A stretch of DNA of 64,000 bases from the NCBI GenBank assembly GCA_964016885.1, contig OZ024747.1, forward strand, positions 86,428,001 through 86,492,000. The letters are read 5' to 3'. Below the pieces are notes generated by a model. It did not search any database, had not been told where the DNA came from, and saw nothing but the letters and a program-made list of their open reading frames with translations. The stretch is from Eledone cirrhosa. Its lineage: Eukaryota. Shown here in pieces: positions 14,203 to 27,287 of the stretch. Position 1 is the stretch's first letter. Every line of letters starts with the position of its first letter. Both the position numbers and the translations under genes were made by a program.

Positions 14203-14689
14203 AGGTGTCCATAAAGTCCACATGCAATTTAAAATACTTGTAGCTTTGTAACTATATTTGTTAGAAGCAGCCTGTAAAAAAGGATAAGAAAAAAGTATTT
14301 AATTTTTTATTGAAATTGTTAATTTTCAACATGTCTACCATCATAACTAATACAAAGAGTAATATGATTCTGTACTTCTTTGAAAACATTTATATATATA
14401 TATATGTATATGTATATATAGTCATATGTGTTTATATATATATATAGGCATATGTGTTTATATATGTATATATATATATATATAAAAACACATATGTCTA
14501 TATATAAACAGACACACACACACATTTTACGGGTGTAGAAATTGTCTCCGTAGTTTTTAAACACATTTTTAAAATAAGTATATAAAGATATAAAGTAAAA
14601 GCATAAAGTTATAAGCATGATATAAACATGTAGGTATTCACATATTTTACTAAATAAATATAAATTGTATATACAGATGTGACAACCTC

Positions 14690-15750
14690 ATCTTCTTATG
14701 TCTGTTTTCCCATACTTGCCTGGATTGACCAGCTCATTATCATAACATGTCAATACCAGTGCATTATTCTTTCTTGCACACTACCTTTGATTCCCCTAAC
14801 ACCCAGTTTCTCCCTTACCTCATCTATGCTCATTAACATCAAACATCCATCAAAGCATGCTCACTTCATTTCTCTGCAGCCCCTGCATCTTCACTGCCCA
14901 TGTTTCACTTCAATGCAACATCACACTTTGCACGCATATATCATATAACAACATTTTCATTCACAGAGAGAAATCTTTTGTTGTCAACAGAAGCAGTAGC
15001 TCTCTAAAACTTTTTAATTCAGCTCTTATTCTTGTTTCTATGCTTTTAGAGCATCCTTCTCCACTGTTAATCACGTTAACCATGTAATAGAAGCTCTCAA
15101 CTACTATGGAGCCTTCCTAAGACTAGATATGTTTATTTCACTAGGGCTCTATTCCTAACTACTGCTCAGCATCTCATACATACAATGTCTATCTTTTCTG
15201 TTTGTTTACCTACAACCCAACTACATTTCTTGTGTGCCTTTGTTTTACATTGTGTATATCGTAAAGTCCCTACATGCAAATAGTTAGGTCATATGCATCA
15301 CTGAATTAGATAAACCTTGAACCATATCTATACCAACTGTGTACTCTGAAGTATCCATCCTGGTGTTAACTACCATGTACATTAAAGTCACCAGTCAGAA
15401 TGATGAAGCCACTGTCATCTCTTGTCAAGTTCCTCATAGAAACAGTTTTTTGTTTTTTACTTAGTCATATGATCATTCTGAGCTTGATAATTCTGTCATT
15501 TACTCTAATTACATAAATTACATTATCTATCCACTTCTCAGGTAGTACATTGTCTAATCCACCTACCTCATCATCATTTCCTACCCAGAACAACATATAT
15601 CCATGCTGTTTGCCTATGAAGAATCAAGCAGAGGTTCCCTTCCAAGTCACTTCTGGAATATAGCATGCATATACATGACATCACTCAAGCATCTTCACAA
15701 TTTGCCCAGATTTATCTTTCAGTGTGCCAACATTAAGTGTGGCAGTCCTG
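14690..15750 (-). mobile_element. Old, degraded RTE LINE remnant
   Basis: Patchy similarity to the RTE endonuclease N-terminus and RT C-terminus (GGCSKSIETRIRAELKSFRELLLLLTTKDFSL); many stops. Confidence 0.6.
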
Positions 15751-16143
15751 AGATGTGTTATATATATATATATATATCTTCGACGTCACAACAGTAAACA
15801 TTTGAAGACTTTGATTGCTTTACTTTTTGTTTCTATGAATTGAGAAATGTTTTAAATAACGACATGATACTATATGAAAAAAGTAAAATAATACAGCAAA
15901 AAAAAAAAAAAATGTAAAGACAAGAACACAAAACCACAGGCCTTTAAACTTTTCGATACTATATTTCAGATGAAAAGCACTGCTTTTGATTTTCAAATAC
16001 TTTTGAATATAATCAAGATTTTGGAGGGTTTTTATGGTATAATTAACTTTCTCATTATTAAGTTGGTGCTTGAGGTATAACTCAATAAAGTGTTGTACAT
16101 AAAATTATAATGGAAAGTTTTTAGATAAATATAAACACATTAA

Positions 16144-16364
16144 CCCTTTAGCATTTACATTTATCTATATTTACTATTGTATTTTCATGGTAAACACTTT
16201 ATCTCACATAATTATCTCATATAATATTGAATCTATGAGATTTTGATATTATTTATTTTGAGTACAATACCTTAACATAAGTATGAGCAGCCAGTTACAG
16301 CTGGTTAGAACAGAAAGAAGTGAGAGAATTCTGGCCAAATACAGCTGGTTTAAATGCTAAAGGG
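16144..16364. mobile_element. piggyBac-like MITE
   Basis: TTAA target duplications and 14-bp TIRs CCCTTTAGCATTTA / TAAATGCTAAAGGG. Confidence 0.8.
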
Positions 16365-16613
16365 TTAACACAAACATAGGAACATTAGAGGATTTTAAGC
16401 AATTTGGTATCAAAAGAGTTTATTAACGATTCAAGTATCTGATTATATATTGAAACAGGGAAATATCAAGACATTTAAACAGATTAATATGATCTTAAGA
16501 ATATTGAGGAGACGTTAATGGCACATTGTTCTACAAATGGAAGCATATTTCATATACATATTTACATACATGTACAAAAATATATATAAATATAATACAT
16601 ACACACACACATC

Positions 16614-16645
<32 letters not shown>

Positions 16646-16874
16646 TGTATGTATGTATGTTCTGGTTTTATAATTTTATAAATTTTACCAATAGAGACAG
16701 AGTCGGTTTCTAACATAGGTACAAGACTATCTCATTGGAATTTAAACATCAACTAGGTAGATATGTATGCATGTGTGTGCAGGTATGGATGCTAATGTAT
16801 GGATGGATTTGTATGTTTTGAGTTATATGTGTGCATGTGTATATGCTTTGTATCTGTACATGTGTATATGCAGT

Positions 16875-18170
16875 TATTAGATGCAGAATTTTTGGAATGT
16901 TTTACATATTTTTGCTGTTCCATTAATGGAGTGTACTTGTAATTTCCTGACTAGTCATGTTCTTTCTGTTTCTGTGAAGCCCAGCTTCTCAAGATTTGTA
17001 TTGAGGCAGTTACTAACATATCCCAGTGCCCCAATAATCACAGGTATAAATCTGAAGGTATAATCAGGCTGGAATATCTGCAGATTTCTCATTAGTTCTG
17101 CACAGATATTCTCCTTTTCGCTAATCTTTAATATTATATTGGCATCTGCTGGGCAGCTAACTTCTATTATTGTGCATGCCTTCTTTTCCCTGTCCCATAT
17201 CATTATATCTGATCTGTTATGTTTGCATTTTATTGGGGTTTTGACTGGAACATTCCACCAGTACTCTTTCAGATTATGTATGTATATATCATTCCACTTT
17301 GAATGTGTTTATTCTGTGGATTGCATTGTACAGTATTTTGGTCACTACATCATGCTTCATAGGTAGATAGTACCGTGATAACATCTTTCAACAGCTGCTT
17401 ATGGCATGGGCAATGTTAATTCGGCAGAGTCCGCATTTGTTGTCACATCTAGTTGTTTTGCTTGCATCCCTATCTCTTTTGGGAATCAGGTATTTCGTGT
17501 TGATTTCCTGTTCTTGGGTCCTTCAAAGTGGGAGCCAAAATAGCGGTTATTGGTCGAGGATAGACTACTTTGCTTATTTTTATTACTCTCACTCTGAAGT
17601 TTCCTGGCAACATATCCATGCATGACCTTTTGCTGATAAGCATGCAGTTTTTCATCCATGGATTCACTGCAGTACTGCTGGGCAATTTCCCTGGGTGTGC
17701 GTTTTTCATTATCATGCAGGGAGTATCTTTCGAGGAGATCCTTCCCAACTTTCATGATCTTTTCTGTCTCATGCAGATAGACTTGCTCAATAGATGGGCT
17801 CCTACACCCGGAGGTTCGTAAATGTTGTCAGAAGGATATAATGCGACATTCAAATGCTGTCTGGACTGATGTTAGCCCTCTGCCTCCCTGCTTACATTTC
17901 AAGTAGAGGCAGTCTATACCACTGTTGATGTGGAAGAATCCGGTATTGTTTAGAATTTTCCGAGTTTTAACATCAATTGCTCGGATTTCGTCTATTGTCC
18001 ACTCGAGTATTCCAAAGGTTGGTGTTAGGATAGGCACAGCAAACACATTGTGAGCCATTGTCTTATTGTGTGCAGAGAGTTCCGATGACCATAATTTTCT
18101 TAATTGGGTGTAATATTCCATGGTTACGCATTCCTTATTACAAATACCATTATAGGATATATTCTCATCT
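16875..18170 (-). mobile_element. Degraded R4/Dong-clade LINE, 3' part
   Basis: Fragments LYLKCKQGGRGL, MHGY, IIEVSCPAD and FIPVIIGALG (RT C-terminus and restriction-like endonuclease), broken by frameshifts. Confidence 0.8.
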
Positions 18171-18584
18171 ATTGCAGTTCTCGTCAGTGAATATATATGT
18201 ATATGTATATGTATATATATTATATGTATACATGTTATATGTATATATATGTATACATATATATCATCATCATCATCATTGTTTAAGATCTATCTTTCAT
18301 GCTAGCTTGGGTTAGATGGGTTTGTCCCATTTAGAGGCAACATGGGTCAAGTGACTGTGTCTCGCTCATATAGGAGAGTTTATGGCTGGTTTTCTATGGC
18401 TGGATGCCCTTCCTAACACCAATATATGTATATATATATATATATATAAGTATGTACATGTACATACATATATGTACACAGACGTACAGTAGTATGTATA
18501 TATATATACATACACGCATATGCAAATTGGGCTACTCAGCCGTTAATATGCATATGGTAAGTATATACGTTCAACAATCTGGCA

Positions 18585-18639
18585 GGAAGGTATACGTTGC
18601 TGACGATAGTTAATAAGCTTGAAACTAGTACAGCATTCC
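18585..18639 (+). ncRNA. Type-I hammerhead ribozyme motif
   Basis: gttg-CUGACGA(18600-18606)-u agtt aata agct u-GAAA-cuag-UA^-cagc; palindromic ACTAGT stem III; U.U at the base of stem II; enclosed by inverted repeats at about 18448-18521 and 18770-18840. Confidence 0.6.
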
Positions 18640-18899
18640 TTTGTCAGTGTTGAACAAATGAGCAACGATGGTTGCTAGACGCTGTACGGCTTAATACGGG
18701 ATGTTTGTTTACAAACACACCAAGCATTATAATAAATGTTTGGTGAATCCATACGTACATATATATATATGTGTGCGTGTATGTATATATACATACTACT
18801 GTACGTCTGTATACATATATGTATGTACGTGTACATACTTATATTTAAGTAACAGCCGTACTAAGAGTGGGAAATGAAATTTATTTTCTTTTTTCCGTT

Positions 18900-19026
<127 letters not shown>

Positions 19027-19223
19027 TTAAGGATACTATTTATAGTTATGTATATACTAAAACCTTTTATAGTTATATATATTTTAAACCCTAAACAGTG
19101 AAAGACAGTAATTTATTACTACCTTATTACCAGTAAGATAAATAGCTCAATGTAATAACATCAGTTGTTCTACAGAGCAGTTATATAGAAATTACATGAA
19201 TCAAAGTTCTGTTTAAACCATTT

Positions 19224-19275
19224 ATTAGCTTACAATTGTTTCGTCCAAACCGAGGTTTGGAGTCTTCGGAGCAAT
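19224..19275 (-). ncRNA. Hammerhead motif with U4C change, same family as 23728-23787
   Basis: Minus: gct-CCGAAGA-c tccaaacc tc ggtttgga c-GAAA-caattg-UA-agc; the downstream ACATTGAGCTA is shared with the 23.7-kb module. Confidence 0.6.
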
Positions 19276-19872
19276 TTTTCAATGATTGTTTACATACATG
19301 ACCTCCTTTCCAACACAAGAGACATACAGAAACATATGTATATATCGATGCACAGTGGGTTGACATCCATTATAATATTTTAGCATGGCAATTTACATTC
19401 AAAGATTAAAATCATATTAAAAGAAAATTAAAACAAAATTAAAGTTAAAATACAACATCGGCAGTTTATGAAGATAATGCAAGAGGATAGTTTGAAGTAG
19501 TTAGTGTATGCAATAGTTACACGTGGGGCATGCACGTGTGTCTTATTTATATAAGATTATAGTGCGGCAAGGTGTTATATGGAATACAAGCACTTTAAGC
19601 GGGCAATCAAGAGTATTATGGGGGTTGTATTGGTAAAGTATTTTTTATGTATGATATAGAAGCTTGTGTGCAGAGAAATATTAAAAATGAGAAGCAAAAT
19701 AGTGTTATGGTTTTCGTATACACCACCATTTTCACAATCCAGGAAACGGAAATATATTTCTATATATATATATATATATATGTATGTAAAAGGTAAACAG
19801 AAATAACAACACAATCAGTACAGTATATGGAAGGTATATATTAGGTTAACGCTTGATATAGCAGGAAGAGGG

Positions 19873-19908
19873 TCTTAACGTTTCGGACGCTAGTCCTTCA
19901 CCAGAAGA
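19873..19908 (-). ncRNA. Minimal hammerhead motif with A6G change
   Basis: Minus: tctt-CUGGUGA-a ggac tagc gtcc-GAAA-CGUU-aaga; palindromic AACGTT stem III. Confidence 0.55.
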
Positions 19909-19943
19909 AAGAAGAAGAAATAAAATAGATTGAGGGGACGGGC

Positions 19944-20016
<73 letters not shown>

Positions 20017-20235
20017 GATGTATATATATATATATATATCATCATCATCGTCGTTTAACATCTATCTTCCATGCTAGCATGGGTTAGATGGGAATTGTCC
20101 CATTTGAGGCAAGATTTATCAGGTGACCGTGTCTCGCTCGTATAGGCTTTCTACGATTGGATGCCCTTCCTAACACCAACCACATTAACAGTGTGGACTT
20201 GGAGCTTTTTACCATGTTACTTACATGACATATGT

Positions 20236-20273
<38 letters not shown>

Positions 20274-20319
20274 GTATATATATATGTATATCCATATATA
20301 TATATGAACTCAATATATA

Positions 20320-20357
<38 letters not shown>

Positions 20358-20699
20358 GAGAGCATGATAATGCTTCACATAGACAACACCCAGTGTTTGA
20401 GTTCATAGTGACACCAGATATATATAAATCTATTAGCATACAAACTCTTGATTGCTGACGTCAATGTGATAGGGACTTTATCAATATTTATCAAAACCTG
20501 TACAAGCATGATAAATAAACTACAGACAATCACTTTGATATCATACTGTTGTTGCTACAGCTCACCACAAATGTAGATTTAGCTGGTTTCCTATGAGGTT
20601 GAATCACACTATTTTCCCTTAGCTGGTGTGGAGTGTAGTGATTAAGACGTGAGAGGAGTATGGAAGGGGGGAAGAAGTGGTGCATACTAGAGACCACTA

Positions 20700-22343
20700 G
20701 TGCACATAGGAAGACAGGTCTTCTGCAGTACTGCATGACACCAGAAATCATGATCCTGTGTCATCACCTTTGAGAGGTGCAATTGTGTGAGGTCAGTTTT
20801 TATCACCTCATCCCAAGCTTTCCTAAGTCTTCGTCTTACATAGCTATCATCAACTTTGAGTGCCTGGCACCTTTTTATACAGCTCTCATCACATGCCCTT
20901 ACATCAGAATCTCTTCTTTTGCACACTGCACCTGATCCTTCTTATGTCCTGTTTTTCTCTCAGTTCATTTCATTCCAATCTTTGTAGGTCCTCTGCACAC
21001 ACCATCCAGCCTTGTTGTTCATATCATACAACCTGCCCTTCTTTTTGAGGACAAAATCTTTTGTAGTTGGTTACGGTAGTAGCTTCCTGAACTTTCTCCA
21101 TCCCCTTCTCACTCTGGCTTCTGTACTTCTAGAACACTCATTTCCACTGCTAATTTGGTCCCCCAGGTAACAGAAACTATCAACTACTTCCATAGAGCCC
21201 TCTGGGCATTTAGAGGAGCTAGTATCCTGTGAACTCTTGCTACTAACTGCTCCTGTGCACCGATCACATATAAAACCTATGTTCTTTGAAAGCCTGCCTA
21301 AGATCCCACTACATCTCTTGTGTACCCATAGTTTTCATTTGGGATATAGGATGTAATTCCTCCCTCCTTCTTTCCTGCACACTGAGGGAATCTGGGTCCT
21401 ATATTCCTTTCAACATACTAGGACTTCAGTCTTTGTCAAGTTGACTTTGTCAAGACATTTTGATTCTAGGCCATGCTTCTAGGTTTGGACTTTCTTCTCT
21501 AATTTTAAAATAGATTCAGCTACAAGGGTTAGATTATCTGCATACAGTAGTTCCCATGGGTAGCCAGTCTTAAACTCTTTTGTTATAGTCTACAGAATGA
21601 TAATAAACAGGAGAGGGCTAAGAATAGTGTCCTGATGCACTCCTACCTGCATGCTAAATTCTTCACTATGGTCATTGTTAATTCTAGCCGTGCTGACAGT
21701 TCCACTATACATGGCTTTTACTGCCCTCACAAGCCACTCATCTATTCTTAGTTTTCTAAGAGCCCACCAGATAAGAGAATGGGATACTCTGTCAAATGCC
21801 TTCGCCAAGCCAACAAATGCCAAGTAGAAAGGTTTACTTTTAGGTAAATACTTCTCCTGCAGTTGCTTCATAAAGAAGAAGGCCTCAGTAGTACTTTTAT
21901 CTGGCACAAATCCAAACTGCACCTCATCTAAGTTAACTCGATCCTTAATCAGCTGTGCTATAACTCTTTCTGTGACTTTTATGACCTGGTCCATCAACTT
22001 CATGCTTCTATAGTTTTCTCTGTCTATCTGTCTAGAGCATCTCCTTCCTTTGCTCTTCTAACAGTTGACAATGATGCTGTTATACCAGACATTGGGCATG
22101 TCACCATTTTATATTACTTGTTTTACAATATGGATGGTTAAAGCATGACCTGCCATCCCAGATGCTTTCAGCATCTAGGCAACTATCCCCGAAGGTCTAG
22201 ATGCTTTGCTTGTCTTCATATCTTTGATTTCCTTACTTACTATATTGCTGCTGACTTGTACAACTGGTACCTCTGTTGGGTGTGCATTCTCCTCATTCAG
22301 TAGTCTTTCATAGTGGCACTTCCATGCTACTTTCTTTTCAGCA
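20700..22343 (-). mobile_element. Older diverged RTE LINE (RT region)
   Basis: ORFs 21590-22003 and 22175-22343 are homologous to the young RTE (QFGFVP, LAKAFDRV, GVHQ..LSPLLF); several stops and frameshifts. Confidence 0.85.
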
Positions 22344-22543
22344 TGTGTGTATGTGTGTGTGCAGGAAATATATGTAAAAATGCTCTCCATAAACTCTGTA
22401 AAGTGTTTGGCATTAAGAAGGCATCCGGCTAAAGGAACCATCTCACAAATGGAGAGTATGAGCAAAATCTAGTCACCATCCCATCAAGTCTAAGACAGAA
22501 AACCTGTCCAATTCATGCCAGTATGGCAAATGGAGATGAAATG

Positions 22544-22588
<45 letters not shown>

Positions 22589-22637
22589 ATACTTTGGGAG
22601 GGTCATGTTGCCAATAACAACAAATTCAGAAACGAAA

Positions 22638-22759
<122 letters not shown>

Positions 22760-22923
22760 CATATATACATATATATATATACATATATATATATATACAT
22801 ATATACATATATATATATATGTATATATATATATGTATATATGTATATATATATATATAGTTATATATATATATATACTTATATATATATATATATATAG
22901 TTATATATATATATATATATACT

Positions 22924-22994
<71 letters not shown>

Positions 22995-23269
22995 ATATGT
23001 ATATATATGTGTGTATATGTGTATATGTATATATATATGTGTATATGTATATATATATGTGTATATGTGTATATGTATATATATGTATATATATATGTAT
23101 GTATATAAATTAATAAAAATAATGAATAAACAAAGAAACAGTTCCTTATATTAAAAAATTCATTATGTTCATCTAAAATATTTTTTTGAATACATGATAT
23201 TCGGATTACATTGAGTTTTTCATACGGATTGGACACTACCGTACATTTTGGTAGATTTATCTACATATG

Positions 23270-23324
<55 letters not shown>

Positions 23325-23560
23325 GATTGCCGGTCATAATATAACCCTACCCAACTGTGAGTGATAACATTTTAGATCCGTATCCTTATTAGTATTAGTA
23401 TATTCCTCATATTCACTATCTTTTGCTTGATTTTATTTTTTATTTTTTATTTTTTAATTTTATTTTTTATTTTTTATTTTTTTATTTTTTTTTTTTATTT
23501 TTTATATTTTATTTTTTATTTTTTATTATTTATTATTTATTATTTTTTATTTATTATTTA

Positions 23561-23596
<36 letters not shown>

Positions 23597-23727
23597 ACTT
23601 TTTATTTTTTATCCTTTATTCCTTATCTTGTACATGAAAAATACTTTAAATTCCTCCCACCTTATGATATCCCCACATTATATTCTTCTGTTTTGGATTT
23701 GTTAATGCTTCTATACTCTGTATCTAC

Positions 23728-23787
23728 TCTTTAAGCTCTGAAGAGTCCCACTTTTAGTGTGGACGAAACATTGTCAGAAATTAAAGA
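23728..23787 (+). ncRNA. Type-I hammerhead ribozyme with fully canonical core and GUC cleavage triplet
   Basis: tctttaa g ct-CUGAAGA(23738-23744)-gtcc cact ttt agtg t ggac-GAAA-ca u ug-UC^-ag aaa ttaaaga; predicted cleavage after 23775; lies in a module of about 580 bp (23325-23910) bounded by (TA)n. Confidence 0.8.
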
Positions 23788-23983
23788 TATACCTATGTTC
23801 TAAGCACTCTTTGTTGTTAATTGTATTACGGCTGTCTTCAGACATTGAGCTAACCATATACTGCCTATCTGATAAGTTGAGTGTTATACACTCTCAATTT
23901 TCTCTTTTATATATGTATATATATATGTATGTATATATATGTATATATATATGTATATATATATGTATAAATATATATATATG

Positions 23984-24014
<31 letters not shown>

Positions 24015-24051
24015 GGGACAATATATATATATATATAGGACAATATAGGGG

Positions 24052-26573
24052 GACAGTGGGAATTTCTGAAAGCAAACCTGCTGATGGCGACAGACGAAGT
24101 CTGTGGCTGGAGCAGGCCTGTAGGTAGGAGGAGAGTAACATGGTGGTGGAACAGTAGGGTGGAGGGGTCAATTAAGGCCAAAAAGCAGGCTTGGAAAGTA
24201 TGGCGGGATGGGGGAAGTAGAGAAGACTATCAAGTGGCCAGGAGGGAGGCTAGGAGACAAGTGTACTTTGCAAGAAGGGAAGCAGAGGAAAGAAAGTTCA
24301 AGCATATTCTACAACGCGAGGACCAAAAACGTGAGGTGTTCAGGATTGCTAGGCAATGTGTCAAGGAAAACCGTGATATTGTCGGGGAGAAGTGTGTACT
24401 TAATGATGACGGCGTACTTGCCATCACTGACGCTGATAAGAAGGTAGCTTGGAAGTGCCACTATGAAAGGCTACTAAATGAGGAGAATAAATGGGAGAAA
24501 GACAGTCTCCTCCACATCGACCCAATAGAGGGACCAGCAGTGTTAGTCGAGGGTAGTATAATAAGTAAGGCAATCAAGGATATGAAGACGGGTAAGGCGG
24601 CTGGGCCTTCGGAAATAGTTGCTGAGATGCTGAAGGCATCTGGCTCGGTGGGACACACCTTGGTCAACCGGATAGTTAACCAAGCCGTACAGAATGGGAT
24701 TGTTCCGAAGGACTGGCATAGCAGCATCATCGTTAACTGTTATAAGGGTAAAGGAGATGCCCTAGATAGGAGTAACTATAGAGGCATTAAACTAATCGAC
24801 CAGGTCATGAAGGTCACGGAAAAAGTAATAGCGCAACTAATCAGAGAGAGAATTGACCTAGATGAAATGCAGTTCGGGTTTGTGTCAGGAAAAAGTACCA
24901 CAGACGCTCTTTTCATTGTACGTCAACTACAGGAGAAGTACCTAGCTAAAGGTAAACCCCTCTACTTAGCTTTTGTCGACTTGGAGAAAGCCTTCGACAG
25001 AGTCCCCCGTTCCATTATCTGGTGGGCCCTTAGAAAACTAGGTGTCGACGAATGGCTTGTGAGAGCTATACAAGCCATGTATAAAGAAACAGTCAGCAAG
25101 GTTAGAATTAACAACGAATATAGTGAAGAGTTTAGCGTAAAAGTTGGCGTCCATCAGGGCTCTGTTCTCAGCCCCCTACTATTTATTATTGCCCTTCAGG
25201 CTATAACAGAGGAGTTCAAGACCGGCTGCCCATGGGAACTCCTATACGCAGACGACCTGACACTCATAGCTGAAACAATGGCCGAGCTAGAGAAGAAATT
25301 CCAAATATGGAAGCACGGCCTAGAATCAAAAGGCCTTAAAATTAACCTGGCTAAGACTAAAGTTCTAGTTTGTAGGAAAGAAAATAGGCGGCGGTCCCTT
25401 CCGGGAAATGGCCATGCTCAGTGTGTAGGAAAGGCGTAGGTAGAAACTCCATTTTATGTCCCAAATGCAAAGTATGGGTGCATAAAAGATGTAGTGGGAT
25501 CACAGGTAAGCTAACTAAGAACTTAGATTTTACATGTGGGCGGTGCTCTGGTGCAATAAGTAGCAGCGAGTGCCCACAAAATACTAACTCTTTCAATTGC
25601 GCAGGGGGCTCTATAGAAATAGTGGACAGCTTCCGTTACCTGGGTGACAAAATCAGCAGTGGGGGAGGGTGCTCCGAAAGTACAGTAGCTAGAGTCAGAA
25701 CTGGATGGAAAAAGTTCAGAGAGCTTATAACACTATTAGCCGCTAAATGGTTCTCCCTAAAAATGAAAGGCAGGTTGTATGATGCCTGCATACGAACAGC
25801 AATGTTGCATGGCAGTGAGACCTGGGCATTGTGCACAGAGGATATACGCAGACTAGAGAGGAACGAAGCTTGCATGCTCCGCTGGATGTGTAATAGTAAT
25901 ATACGTGAACGGCAAAGCATAAACGAACTAAGGAAAAAATTAGAAATAAGAGGGATCAGATGTTGTTTACTCGAGAGAAGGCTACGTTGGTACGGACACG
26001 TGATGCGCATGAAAGTCGATAGCTGTATAACAAAGTGCAGAGCAATAAAGATAGACGGTAGCCACGGAATAGGCAGACCTAGAAAATCCTGGGACGAGCT
26101 GATAAACTCCGACCTCACACACTTACACCTCTCCAAGACAATGTCACTGGACCGAGACCTTTGGCGGTACTCAGTAACAGAGAAGACTCGCCTTACCTAA
26201 ATACATAGTAAAACCTACTACAGCCAGTAGGCATCTCTAACAAAATACACCCCCGTCCCACCACCCACACCACCCCCTCCTATGTAAAGTTATGTTGGTG
26301 CCACAACATCCAGGCCGAAACAAATGAGATCGTGTAGGTGTCACGACAAAAAAACATACAGTCCACGCTGTAATGTGGCCGTGTAGGCAACACGGTAAAA
26401 ACCTCCCAGTCCCACACTGTACATGTGGTTGGTGTTAGGAAGGGCATCCAACTGTAGAAAACCTGCCAGACAGTCCTATGCGAGCAAGACAATCACTCTT
26501 GCCTCAAGTGGGAATACCCCCGTCCAAACCCATGCAAGCGTGGAACACGGACGTTAAACGTTGATGATGATGA
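24052..26573 (+). mobile_element. RTE LINE copy B, 5'-truncated, one frameshift
   Basis: ORFs 24084-25439 and 25421-26200 carry RT motifs (DLEKAFD, GVHQGSVLSP, YADD); 1-nt deletion at about 25386; 3' UTR ends in (GAT)n. Confidence 0.95.
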
Positions 26574-27159
26574 TATGTATATGTATATATATATGTATGT
26601 ATATATCATCATCACCGTTTTACGTCCGTTCTTCCACGCTAGCATGGGTTAGACGGGTTGTCCTGTTGTGGGCAGTGTCTGGTCGGCTGACCATGCCTTG
26701 CTCATACAGGAACTGATCTGGCTTGATTTCTACAGCTGGATGCCCTTCCTAACACCAACCTCATTTACAGTGAGTGCTGGGTGCTTTTTCGTGGCGCCTA
26801 CACGTCCACTTTACAGTGTGGGCTGGGTGCTTTTTTGCCGTGGCACCTCCACGACCACCTTGCGGTGGGGGGGGGGGGGGCATATTGTTTATATGCTTCA
26901 GCATGTACCCATGGGAGGTCGGGTATATATATATATGTATATATATATATGTATATATATATATGTATATATATATGTATATATATATGTATATATATAT
27001 GTATATATATATGTATATATATATATATATGTATATATATATGTATATGTATATATATATATATGTATATGTATATGTATATATGTATATATATGTATAT
27101 GTATATGTATATATGTATATATGTATATGTATATATATATATATGTATATATATATATG

Positions 27160-27190
<31 letters not shown>

Positions 27191-27287
27191 GTATATATGT
27201 ATATATGTATATATATATGTATATATATATATATGTATATATATATATGTATATATATATGTATATATATATATATATGTGTATATA

